Shown in pieces: positions 1 to 12,016 of a stretch of DNA of 64,000 nucleotides. The stretch is from Tubiluchus corallicola (taxonomy: Eukaryota; Animalia; Priapulida). The notes beneath the pieces are model-generated. The model was not told the DNA's origin. It searched no databases and saw only the letters and a list, made by a program, of their open reading frames with translations. Position 1 is the first letter of the stretch. The number at the start of each line of letters is the position of its first letter. The stretch spans positions 682,001-746,000 of the forward strand of contig JAQGDQ010000048.1 of the NCBI GenBank assembly GCA_030141605.1, read 5' to 3'. A program made the translations under genes and the position numbers.

Positions 1-1397
1 CTCTCAAAAACTGGCTTCGTGGGAAAAAAATGTAGCAGTAGCATTGAGAAAAAATTCTTAGCATCGATATTCGTCATATGACTAAGGAGTGGAATCTTTT
101 GTAAGAGGATCTCTTTGCTCCCTCTCAGCTGGTTTCCGATTTATGCGTTTTTGTGACATTTTCTCGTATTTCTGTTTCGACTGCGTCTTAAGTTTAGCAT
201 ATTCCTAAGAACCAGAATGTTATTTTCTCTACAGCTGTTTTTCTGTGTCACATTAATTGGACAAGCATTGTATTTTCCCATTTATATTTTTATGTTTGTC
301 TTTCGTCATTGAAAGCTTACTACGATCTGACTTTATTCACTGAGACGTTTGTAGAGCGGTGAACCAAAAAGTTTCAAGATTTCCTGTTACGTTTATATCC
401 CTAGCATAGATAACGCGCCGGAAACCTATTTTCTTTTCCTGTTCTGAGAAAATTATAGTCCTTCACGTGGTAAGCATCTGGTTCCTGTAACAGTTTTACT
501 AGAAGTTTACGTAATAACGCTTACGTGAATTAGTGAAAGTATTTTTGATGTCTCAACGGTCTTGTAACGAATTTTACGAGTTTAATTAAATAATTTAATT
601 AAGTTTAGTCCGTTTCCCACCTGTTTGTTTAATAGTCAGGCAAAAATATCATGAGAATCTATTAGCCGTAGTGAGCGCCTTTCATGGAACAATAATTTTT
701 CCTGTACTTTGCGAGATCGTCATAGTGTCCTAGGAATCTAGGACTAAGTCTACGCTTGGTAGTCGAAGCGTTACCTTTTCGTGTAACAAAAATGCAAAAA
801 TTTAATGTGTGATTTACCATTATATTTTTAAAATGTCAGATCATATTAACGACATGCCAATCGGTTTATTTATGTGCTTTTACAAAAACACCACAGGTGT
901 TGTAATACCACTTGTTTTTTTTTAGGATGATAGCTTTTAAGTAGGCTTCATTGTGCTGCGCTTATATCAGTTTTCTCCGCACTTAAAGTTTATTGCAGTA
1001 CATATCGTCAGTGACTCATAATTGAAACAGCAAATAAGCGTCAGTAGTATTTCTTAATGAGTAGTTTATTGACAGCGTTAACAAAATCCGAATTAATGCA
1101 CTCTCCAGCAGCAAAAACTATTTATTCTTCTACGATTGGTCATACATTGTCCTAGGTTATTGATTACGTTTACTCATCCTAGTTATCTATTATTGAGGCG
1201 CCTCTTGGGCTCTGATACTATCACTGATTGCACATAAGTAAACCTAGTGCTATTTGAAACGGCGTTATTAGTATTTAATTGGAAGTCTGGCCAAATAGTC
1301 TGGGAAAGTAGGCATATATAGAGAAAGCGATTGATTTAGAAAGCTAAATATTGCATTTGTGAAATCAGTCATTAATGTAGACCTGTCATAGGTATGC

Positions 1398-1451
1398 ATA
1401 TATTATATATATATATATATGTGAGATCAATCATGAATGTATATATATATA
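1398..1451. repeat. Interrupted (TA)n microsatellite
   Basis: Two TA runs separated by gtgagatcaatcatgaatg. Confidence 0.8.
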
Positions 1452-4090
1452 TTGTATTCATGAGAAGGAAGTTTGGTAGGTATATGATCGATTACCTTGT
1501 TTTTAAATACAAAACTAATGTATTGAACATTTTCATCAGGTGTAATGGTACCAACGAAGAGACTAAATAATATTCCATTAAATAATAAATACATAATGTA
1601 ATACACTGTATATAATATATTTAATGATGCAATCGAAGCCTTTTAATCAGGTCTAATCACCGTGGCAGTTTATCCGTTAATTTTACTCTGAACTAAGTCT
1701 AATTTTCCATTTAACTGAAAGTGAATGTGACTATTAATAACACATAAACGTCTGTGTGTCAGTTTGTCATCCACAGACGAGTTGCACCAGTGTTACCCAT
1801 AGAGTCTATTAATAAAGCAAGATTGCAATACTGATTCAAGTGCAGAGTCATTTAATGACACGTAATACACCCTTCATAGCCAAGCTTTTAAACCAAAATG
1901 ACCATCAGATTTTTCGTGATGAAAAAACAGCAAAAAATTCTTTGACAGTAACTCCGTTTTCATTACGCCCTATTAGCTATTAAGTTTCCCCCATCGTGGT
2001 ATTAGTCACGGCCTCGTTTAAGAACCTACGGACAGTGCCTAAAAGCCTTTTACGAATTAAATTTCTTGAGATGTGATTGCCAAATTAAGTCGCGAGGGAC
2101 ATTTGCTGGTAATTTTGGCATCATCTCGACTGCAATTTAAGTTCATTGTAAATAGATGTAAGTACGTCTCTTGAGGTGCCTAGCAATTATATCTTGACGT
2201 TTCTTAGATGATTAGACCTTTAGAAAGATCATGATGGGATCATACAAAATTCTCATTTACATGTACGTGATGTGGTTATTTAATATGTGTCTGAATTGTA
2301 AGGTATGTGCTATATACGAGTTGTCCTATATATGATTTAACAATGTCGCTAAGAATCCATAGAGAACTATGTGATAGAGTGGTCTGGTGTTAATAGCACA
2401 CTAATTATGCTGGCTGATAATATATCCACTAATAATGCTAGTTTCCACGTAAGCTATCACCTCGGCTTTTAATAGTCAAGTGACTTTAGTTTTGTCTGTA
2501 AAGTTGGGTCAATTCGTGATTTCTCAAAATTAGAAAATTGTGCTTGTGGTGCTATGATTTCATGCAGCTGTTGGTAAAATAATTAAAACTGGAACAATTT
2601 CAACACTGGAGTGAAGCATTCGATAAGATAACCGGTCATTAGGAATTACCAGGCTTCACCGACTTTCGGGGCTTAACTGGATCTTCCACTTGGCGCCTCA
2701 ATACCCAAGATGATAGCTGGCTGTTCCGCTATGTTAACATAACCCCACCAACGGCAACTTAATCCTCCTAAGCTGACTAGGATACCCTTTCAAGTAATGA
2801 ACATAGTAAGTACCAGTTGATACAATTAGCAAGGCAATCATATTGGTCTGTAACAAGTTTGTAGTTTTTATGTTGCGTACTATTTTATTTTATTTTATTT
2901 TGGAAACTGCTTATACCTTTGGAAGGTTTATGTTTAGCATTATTGTTGCAAGAGCAGCGTAACAACTACCGCCACCTCCGTGAAGACCAACAACGTGACG
3001 GCAGCATGGCAAATATCATCAATGAAGAATGACCATGGTATAGTGAGCAGACGGCCATAACTGTAATGGCAGCAGTAATCAATTCCAATAAAAACTAAAG
3101 AATTAAGAAAAATGGCAGTTGTAACAGGGGACAATCCCACAAATAGCGTCATATGGCTATAAGAATACAGCCGAATGTTCTTACAAATATTCACGTAAAA
3201 TTATAAGATGCTTTCTCGATTTACGAGTAGCCACCTGAGAAACTGTTTCGCTAAAATGAAAATTTTTCTGTAGTTTCCGAGAAAGCTCGTGCTACTCCCA
3301 CAGAATACAAACGTTGCACGTGTGTCGTAATTTTCTTTCATTATTTTTCATTAGCGTTTGCTTTTTGCCTCAGTCATGACATAATTGTGGTGCCTGTCCT
3401 GTGTCTTAGCAGGATTTAGCAGGAATTCTGTTATTATCATTCGAAAAGGAAACAATTATGCTTCTAAGCGCTTTCTTGAAAAATCTGGTTTGAAAATTAT
3501 TTGCTAAAAAAGGTATTGACGGTAAGGTGAATTACATCGGTGAGATTTTCTCTTGTATAACAACATTGTATCTGGCTTTTTTAATAATCTACTTAAATAC
3601 ATTCGAGTTTAATTTGTCCAGCATGTTGTATTTCATATATACTCAGTTAGAAAACTGGAAAATTAACCGTGGTGTTAATATGATGTCAGAATTCTTATGG
3701 TGTCAATGCAGCATAACAAAATTAGCATGTGTGGCGCAAATTGTGTTTCCTCAAAATTTGTAGCTGTTTCCCTTTGTAGATAAGCTCCTCTCTTGATCAG
3801 TGAATAAACTAGTTTTCAAAAGCTGTATTAATTTTGATTTGCGATGGTCTTCATTTGAAACGAGTAACGCAAAAGTTCAAAAAAGTCGAACTTGTTTAAC
3901 CCTTTCATTTGCATTTCGACTTTTATTTATGTAAATATTATACACATAGGCTAGCTTCTGTGGTACCTACAAAGTTTGATCCTTTCTGGCTATTGACCAT
4001 TATATAATAGTCAAACAGAAGATGTAGGCTCACAAAGAAAAGTGACGTTTTGCGTTAAAATTAAATTAATGTGATTTCAAAAATGTATTA

Positions 4091-4193
4091 AGGAAGGAAG
4101 GAAGTCTAAAGGAAGGAGAGAGAAAAAGAGAGAAAAAGAAAGAGCATAACAAAGAGAGAGAGAAGGAGCAAGAGCAGGAAAGGGAGAAAGAGG

Positions 4194-4235
<42 letters not shown>

Positions 4236-4296
4236 AAGAGAGAGGAGGGAGAGAGAGAAAGAGAGGTGGAGAGAGAGGGGGAGAAGAGAAAGAGAA
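4091..4296. repeat. Polypurine (GA)n / GAA-rich low-complexity tract
   Basis: About 200 bp of almost pure A/G, including a perfect (AG)n run near 4199-4230. Confidence 0.92.
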
Positions 4297-4439
4297 CACT
4301 TATTACATACTTGACCGGTCCATAAATTGAGAAAAATAGGAAAAACAGTAAGAACAACAGATTAATTGAGTAACTGAGCTGTCGTTTACTCATTGCTGAT
4401 GGTATTGCTAATGAGCTCCACCTTCACATTCGAGAAAGT

Positions 4440-4783
4440 AAAAATTGTTTTATTGCATATAAGAAAATTGTATCAGGTGACATTAATTTTGCCAGTTATT
4501 ACATTATCGGTTAGAATTTTTGAATTTACATTTTGCGTTGCTGTCGTGTTACAAAATGCGTTGAACTTCAGGTTATTACATTATGCGTTATGGGAGTCTT
4601 ACATTATACGTTAGTTTTTTTTTATTACATTATCAGTTAATTTTATTATCATATTGTTTATTTATTACAATATACGTTGATTTTTTTATTACAATGCGCT
4701 TTAATTTTTGGTATTACCATATCAGGCACGTTATTATTTGTAATAGGCATCATTTGTAATTTTCCATGCATTTTCGTTACTAC
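4440..4783. repeat. Degenerate array of a TTATTACATTAT(C/G)GTT-like motif, probably the interior of a non-autonomous DNA transposon
   Basis: About 10 variants, e.g. ttattacattatcggtt, ttattacattatgcgtt, cttacattatacgtt, ttattacattatcagtt, ttattacaatatacgtt. Confidence 0.6.
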
Positions 4784-7198
4784 TTACTGTTTAACTGGAA
4801 AAGACACAAATATCGATTGGCTGTACGGTATTTTGGAGAATAAGGTAAAACAGTCTTGAGCTGGATAAAAATAATTGATTTGTTGTATGGATTAGTTAAT
4901 AATAATAATAATGTTGCCCATTTATGTGCCTTGCCAGCTATTAATATATTGATCTCCACACTCATGCCGCTCACAGTGAGTTGATCCAGCATGAAAATAC
5001 AGAAATTAAGGTACATTTTTGTCCTAAAACTATGTAGTCTTGAAGCTATTTGCCATAATTTCAGTGAATTAGTGAATACTCCAACATTCTTCTTATACGG
5101 GAAACCTTGTCCTTAGTTGTTTTTAATTTATTTTTGTCTTGCTTATACACGAGTGAGGGTCCATCAAAATTTACCCACGTAAATTTTATTAATACAATTC
5201 TTATTTCTTAATACAATTCCACACATCTTAAAATTAGCTAAATCACTGACACTGGCTATTGTAGCCAAGCCCCTTGTTACAACTTGCTGGTTGTCATGGT
5301 GATCCAGGTGTCTAAATTAGATTAATTTGCAGGTATATGTTAAAGTCTTCCAGCATCCGCTGTTCGATCCTGTAAGATGTTATTGCTATTCTAAATTCAA
5401 CAGGACAATGACGCTCTTGCTTACCTTACAATGTAGCACGTATGGCAATTCTAATGAAGCACATTTGATGCAGGTCACTTAGTGATCGCTCAAGCTAGGA
5501 AGCCAAAGTGGGAAAACAAAATAAGCATATAGTGTCAGAAGGCTAAATTTCTTGTAATTGATTTGTTAATTATAGGAAGTATCCGTTGATTAGAGAGGTT
5601 ATAGTTAAGATGACAATTTCCTTAGTAAAGGTCCGAAGAAAAAACTGGATTTATAAGTTTATATAGACTTACAGAAAATTAATAGCAGCAGCAGCAAAAG
5701 CAAAAGCAACCCGTGGGAACCTGTAGCAACACGCAGTCGTTGAGCAAGAGATTGTAAGACTAATGCTAAATCTCACTTGACCACATTGAGAATATGATTT
5801 TGCAGTGAATTGAAGTAACCGTTATATCAGAAACCAGCTCAGGTGTGGCTGCAGTTCTCTATCCAAGCTTGGTTTTGTTGGTTAGTCGCTTTGAAAGGAA
5901 AAGAAAACGCTGTTTATAAATGAATTTTAAAAATTCTTCTTGAAGTTTTGTATTACTTAATATAATCCTATTTTATTGCATACAGAGTTTCTGTTAGCAA
6001 TAACGCAAACTCCCGCATTGACCATTAGGCGCAGCCATTTTAACGGAAAGTCGTTTGGAGCAAATTTAGATAGCATTGCGAAAAGTTTGAAAAATTATCA
6101 TTTCATTCGAAGTACACTCTTCTCTGCCTAAACAAAAGTATAAATTATTTTACATTGTTGACAAGATCAATAATGTGTTTTTTGGTGAGCCAGTGGTGTA
6201 CACTGGGATAATGATACATAGACCTTTACCGGTTTTCGCAAACATTTTAAATTATCAAGAATTTTCTTTTGCAGGTACATGTGTCTTTCAACAGGTATAA
6301 GCGTAATGTTAAGTAATATAATTTTATGTGGAAAGATTTGGGGGTTATAGGACTTTAGCATTCTCATTTATTCCATTTTAAGGATACGATATATAGTATC
6401 ATCTCGCCGCATAGGATTGATTAGAAACACTTGTATGTAAGCTATAGACAGTGCTAGTAATATTGCAACGACGAGAAAAGTACGCTCTTGAACGAGTCCA
6501 AAGCATATGTCAGCATGTAAGTCGTCTTTCGTCTTACTTGAATAACCAACTTGCATTTTATATATTGGTAGTACTTTTATTTTGTTTATTTGTTTCTATG
6601 CTTTCAATTTTTGTCCGCGAGCGCTAACATCGCGGATTTAGGAGAACGCATACGCTGATTTTTTTCATTTCATTATGCTAGGCATCCGTTCTTTACTTAA
6701 TTAAGATTCTGCTCATCTTCTTGATTTAACCCGGGTTTTTATTTTTATTATTTGTGATGTTTTGTTTCTTTAATAACTCACACACGCACAGGCCTAGGTT
6801 CACGAAACTCCCAGGGCACACTCCCCAGGCAAGGGGATTTGTGTTCGCACGTGACCCCGTATTCCTGGGTGAAAGGTCACAAAGCGGGCGGGGCTTCTTG
6901 TTTTTTTCGTTAGGCTGGATCTCCTACAGTTTTTGAGCTAGGGCTATAATTTTTGGTATGTGGCTAGGTGATGTCGGGTTATGCATGGCAGAATATGAGC
7001 CATTTGCGTGCAGGAAAATTTTTCGGTAGGGGCTTCCAATTTCCGGTAACAGTGTCGTATAATATACCAAATGAAAGATCTCGAAGAGACTAATCGAATG
7101 GCGTAAGTTTCGATTATTGTGCTGAATGCTGGACCTCAACATCACAGGTTAAAGGAGTTACCGATTTCAGTATTGAAATGTTTGCGAAACATCATCGG

Positions 7199-7518
7199 GA
7201 ATGTTTAAGAGTTTTATAACTCTTTAGAAAGACAAAGAACTGGCCTAACAAGATGATATAATTTTTTTCTGAAAATACCTAAATGAGCGCGAACATCGAT
7301 CAACTAATTCCGGGCGAAAATAGCAGAAATTTCGCTTCTAAAACGTCGAGAAAAACCGTTCGTCGGGCTTGTTAATAGAATGTTTAAGGGAGTTTTATAA
7401 CTTTAGAAAGAGAAAGAACTGGGCTACGTAAGTTTTTTTTTTCTAAACACAGCTAAGTGAGTGTGAAAATCGACCGATTAATGACAGGGTAAACACCGCC
7501 AAATTCGAGGTTAAAACT
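7199..7518. repeat. Diverged tandem repeat, unit about 179 bp, 2 copies
   Basis: gaatgtttaag..gttttataact..ttagaaaga.aaagaactgg at 7199 and 7378, with similarity continuing to ...aaaac. Confidence 0.75.
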
Positions 7519-7573
7519 GGCGTTTCGCAAACGCACCACTATCATAATTGATAAGCGAGCGAGTTTCTGTTAA

Positions 7574-7642
7574 TCCGTGTTGGTCTAGCAGTTAGAGAGA
7601 TGGATTTGCGTAATGAAAATTATAGGTTCTATTCCCAGTTAA
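7574..7642 (+). pseudogene. Degenerate tRNA-like sequence (SINE head or tRNA relic)
   Basis: A-box-like tggtctagcagttag and B-box-like ggttctattccc at tRNA spacing; no clean cloverleaf. Confidence 0.45.
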
Positions 7643-9078
7643 AGTTTTTTTACATCGTTTTTCAACTAACAAAATAACAATATGCAAAATGCTTTTGTTA
7701 GGTTTTGCTAACTTCTACAAAATTAAAGTCATATTAATTTGTATTTTCCTGAAACTCGCTTATAACTGTGGAACAAAATACCTGTTGTGTGCTTGCTTGC
7801 AAAGAAAAGCAACCCAAGACTTAGTTACTAATTAGATTCGTGGCTGTCACCTGTCAACAAAATATTTTTTTGGTTTTACTAATTCCTAAGCAAGCAAGTA
7901 AGCAAATTCTACGAAGGCAATATTAAACCCTTCAGAGCCTTGAGTTTCGGACCACTGATGAAAAAGTAACAAGTTTTGATTTCACTGAAACTTTTAATGT
8001 CAAGCGCAACAGTACTTACACATACATGATGCAAAAGCATCTCCAGTCACACAGTCACAAAAGCAGAATTTTACCACAGTTTTTGACACAGTCAAAAATG
8101 TCCACTAGTTTATGTTAACTCGCAAACGCAGAGGGCTTAGACACATGAAAAACGCAGGTTAGACACCTGAGGTATTGAGAATGGTGACCAAACGGAGACC
8201 GCAATCAAAGTGTCAAGGAAACTGAACATCAATGACATTTTATTGCAATTCAATTCCTCCTAGTGCAATGAGTTAGTTAAATTTTCATAAGTGTTTAGGT
8301 ATTGTGACCATGTGAGTTAGATGCAAAACCCGGAGTTTTTAAAGGTCAGAAAATGGAAACGAAATGTATTGAATATGTCTAGAACTATAGTAATTAAAGT
8401 CACGAAATTTACCTGATGTAGGGGCTTAGGCAGAGACGTAGATAAAAAACCTAGGATTGTTTAGAGGTCCGAGACAGGAAGCCAAAATGTAAAAATTAGG
8501 ACAAATGGCTTTGCCCGTCAACTCCAAATTATATTACACAGAGTTATGAAATTTCAGATTACTAGGATATACAGGCATTCAGATTTTTAGGCAAACTGCT
8601 CAATCACGCATGTGTAAGCCACACAGGATCAGCTAGAGTCAAGTGACAATTCGCCACGAGCACGGCACAAACTGATTAGTGATATTTGAGAATAGTATGA
8701 ATATTTGAATTCTGGCTATTAGAATCATATTTCTAGTCACTCTAAACTCAAACTATGTATTGTGACTTACAAGATTTTGTATACCTCTTTATGAGGTCAT
8801 TGCCCATTGATTAGTCCAATTAAGCCTGCCACTTAATTTTTCTATTTGTATATGGGATGATGTTTTTTGACCTGGATCTTTGATTTCTATCATGACGCGG
8901 CCAGTCACACTATCCAGATTCTTATATTTGATGTTTGTATGTCACGCAGAAGAAAAGGTAATTCTTGGTTGTGATATTGACTGTTGTGACCCGATCTCGC
9001 AAGTAGCACCTCAAACAGAGTTGACCTTGTACTTCAAAAATTACGAGAGAGCTACCCAGAGACTGGTCAACATTAACA

Positions 9079-9193
9079 GAGAGAAACGTAATGCTCTTTA
9101 TAGTCTCAAAGATTATAGTAATTATTCAGTATTATTGAATCCTGAATAAATATTATAATCTTTGAGACTATAAAGGGCATTAGTTTTTCTCTC
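9079..9193. repeat. Long inverted repeat, arms about 51 bp, 12-nt spacer
   Basis: Arm gagagaaacgtaatgctctttatagtctcaaagattatagtaattattcag pairs with 9142-9193; perfect 22-bp core ctttatagtctcaaagattata. Confidence 0.9.
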
Positions 9194-10416
9194 GTCAAAA
9201 ATTATCTTGATTTTACTTAGAAGGCGTTAAAATTGATCTCCAGTTACATTTGGCAAATATATATTTGTTGCAGCTACCAATGTAAATGAATATTTCAACA
9301 TTCATACATATACCTAGTGCCCTAAAGTTATATGTTGTAGTATGCAGTATAATTGTGCTTAAACGTTGATTAACCTAGCTCTTTAAATTGTATGCTGCAT
9401 GCATTATAAATACGCTTATATTGACCAACGTTCAACTGTAAGAATATGGTCATTAGTATTGACGTGCTGGAGAAAGTAGCGCACATGTGAAAGTGAATGG
9501 CATAAATTAACCACTTGGAAAGTTAATGTATTAAAATTTTCGTGGCTAGCGCGAAGATCTACGGGAATCATGTATGTATGTATATATATATATATATATA
9601 ACCTTTATGGTGTGGACGCAAAATGGAATTGAACATGCATCCTTGGCCATATTGTGCAATACAAAAAGCAAAAAGTACTAATTAGCCTAATATAATAACT
9701 GTTTTACCCATGCTGACAGTAACTGTTGCGTGGGTAAAGCGTTTAATCTTCATCTCCACTGAGTGTTTCATATTATATAAATTCTTAATTTAATAGAGAA
9801 ATGGTAAAAAAAAATTGTAAAAGTACAGTAGTCGTTTATTATAGTACTCTTTTACGTTGAGTGCGAATAATGAGAAACAGCGGAGTCATAACAAGTGACC
9901 ATATCCTTTGCCATAAAAGTCCAATTTTTAAATGTACGAAAATTACTAAATTTCTTTTTGATTTGACGATAGTGCCTCTTATTCAACCCCTAATTTATTT
10001 CCTGTTGACTCCCAATTTCGACAATTTTACTCATGTGACTTTTTCAAACGCTTTCTGTGCCGTTTGCCTTCTTCCTGTTAACTGCAAGTGTTGACTTCCG
10101 GCTTTCAAGCAAGACTCACTGCAGAGGCACTAATAAGTGTAATTATGAAGCCAGGTTTTGCAGCGAAAGCGCTGTTGAAGCCGCCAGAAATGGGATTCCG
10201 GCATTCTGCAGCTGAGAAGATGGAAATAATAAACCGCTGCCGTGAAAATTGTTTCCATAAAACAGAAGCGTCTTATAGTAACTGTGTTCATTCTCTGCGG
10301 CTGTCTATTTGAGATTTACCGCTACGTTCATTCATTTTACCGAGGTTTCATTTTACTTAAAGCTAGAAAGCGATTATTCAGACAAGTTTTTTACCCATAT
10401 TGGGGCATGCGTGTCT

Positions 10417-10446
10417 GAATGAATGAATGAATGAGTGAATGAATGA
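10417..10446. repeat. (GAAT)n microsatellite
   Basis: gaatgaatgaatgaatgagtgaatgaatga. Confidence 0.85.
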
Positions 10447-11861
10447 AATCCTAGGTGAGGAGTGTATGGTGGGAAGGGAGAGTGCCGTGGTGTACATTCT
10501 GGCAGCCTGAGAATCTGAAAACAATGACAAAAGTGGAAATAAGTGGTTGGACGAACGAAGGAATGTATAAGCAAATAATGTAGCCAAACCGTGAAAATCG
10601 TCTTTCGTCCTGCTCTATGCATTAAGTTTCGTGTTTTTTGCGCGTGTGATACCTTGTTGGCTTAGCGATTTACATTTCTGGTGCTGTCTGATTAAAAGTG
10701 ATTTTAAGATCATGTTGGTAATTTTGTGCGAATTTTTGTCGCAGTCAGCTTCTGGTTAATTCTGGGAATTATCGTAGCTGTAGCTTCAAACTGTTTTTGC
10801 TGAGATTTATTTTTTGTCGCGAACAATATTGCTCGCGTTTTACACGCTTGAGGCTACTAAGAGAAACTGCGCCTTCCCTTGTTTGGTACACACACCTCGT
10901 AAATTTTCAAATTATCGGCTGTCTCAAAAGTCCCTCATTATTTAAAAAATGTTTAAAATTAATAGTAGCTACAACCAAATGAGAACTTTGGTGGCATCAA
11001 ACTAGGGTTCATATTTCGTGTCGAGTGGCACAATACTTTTTCCGACTGGAAACTGAACCTCATTTATTCACAGGAAATGTCCATTACCTAGGGTAGTTAT
11101 TCTAACATCCTAGTTGACAAATTAATAATGTCAATCTTTTTTCGTCAAGAAAATGTGTATTACCACACCTGCTATAGTAATAATGGCATAGTGATAATAT
11201 AATAACATAACCCAGGGCTGTAGCCTGTAAAAAACAAGTGATTATTCAGCTTGGAAGGATAGTGAAATTATCTGTAATTACTTTATGATGGAGAGAATAT
11301 ACACGCGATAGCTACCAAACATTAACAATGAGAACTTAGAACAAGGGTGAACATAGTACAACTTTTCCATAATATCAAGAGATCTAAGATAATTTAGAAA
11401 TCGAATTCAACATTAGCACATTGCATAAAGCACGTAACAGTCCTCGTCTGTTCTGCGAAATTGGATTGTATGGCCAGTCGTAGTGCGGCACTACCATTAC
11501 GCATGAGTCCATACTGCAGATACCAAGAACTGGGAAAGAAAAGGTCATTTCCCACGTGTCTGATTTTAGGTAAACTTTTATGGGAAAGACGCAAAGAAAT
11601 AAAATGGTAGCTCTGAATCTAGAAAGCTAAACTGTTTTCCATTATAAAATATATGTAGCATATTTTTTATGAAATATCATTTTGCTTGTAAAAACGTATC
11701 ATTGGCATTTCGCACACAAATAAACGAACAAATATCAAACGTACTCAGCTTTATGATTCGCTTTATTGTATATATCATATATGTAGATATGTATACCACA
11801 AGTTATACAAGTTAACCCTAAATCACTTCAGGGCCTATTTTTATATTTGATGTTTTTTCAG

Positions 11862-12016
11862 TGCTACCAAGTCCTGCAAAATGCCTTGACGTTTCTCAAG
11901 GGGAAGATGAGTCCCAGTGGATCTCCTTTTGAAACTGTACATACCTTTGTTCTCAATCCAAAATCCATCACTATGGGTCAGTTGTATGGAGAATTTGACT
12001 TGTTGACGCATGAATG
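11862..12016 (+). CDS. DNAH1: Dynein exon 1 in window (AAA2)
   Basis: tttcag|TGC; CYQVLQNA...FDLLTHE(W); donor gttggt. Confidence 0.92.

Noticed and set aside
4066-4393. Ser/Leu/Phe-rich ORFs on the minus strand
   Set aside because: They are translations of the (GA)n tract.
5290-5304. RFX X-box-like gttgtcatggtgat (also ggtgccatggtaat near 15788)
   Set aside because: Imperfect matches deep inside introns, far from any promoter, and expected by chance.
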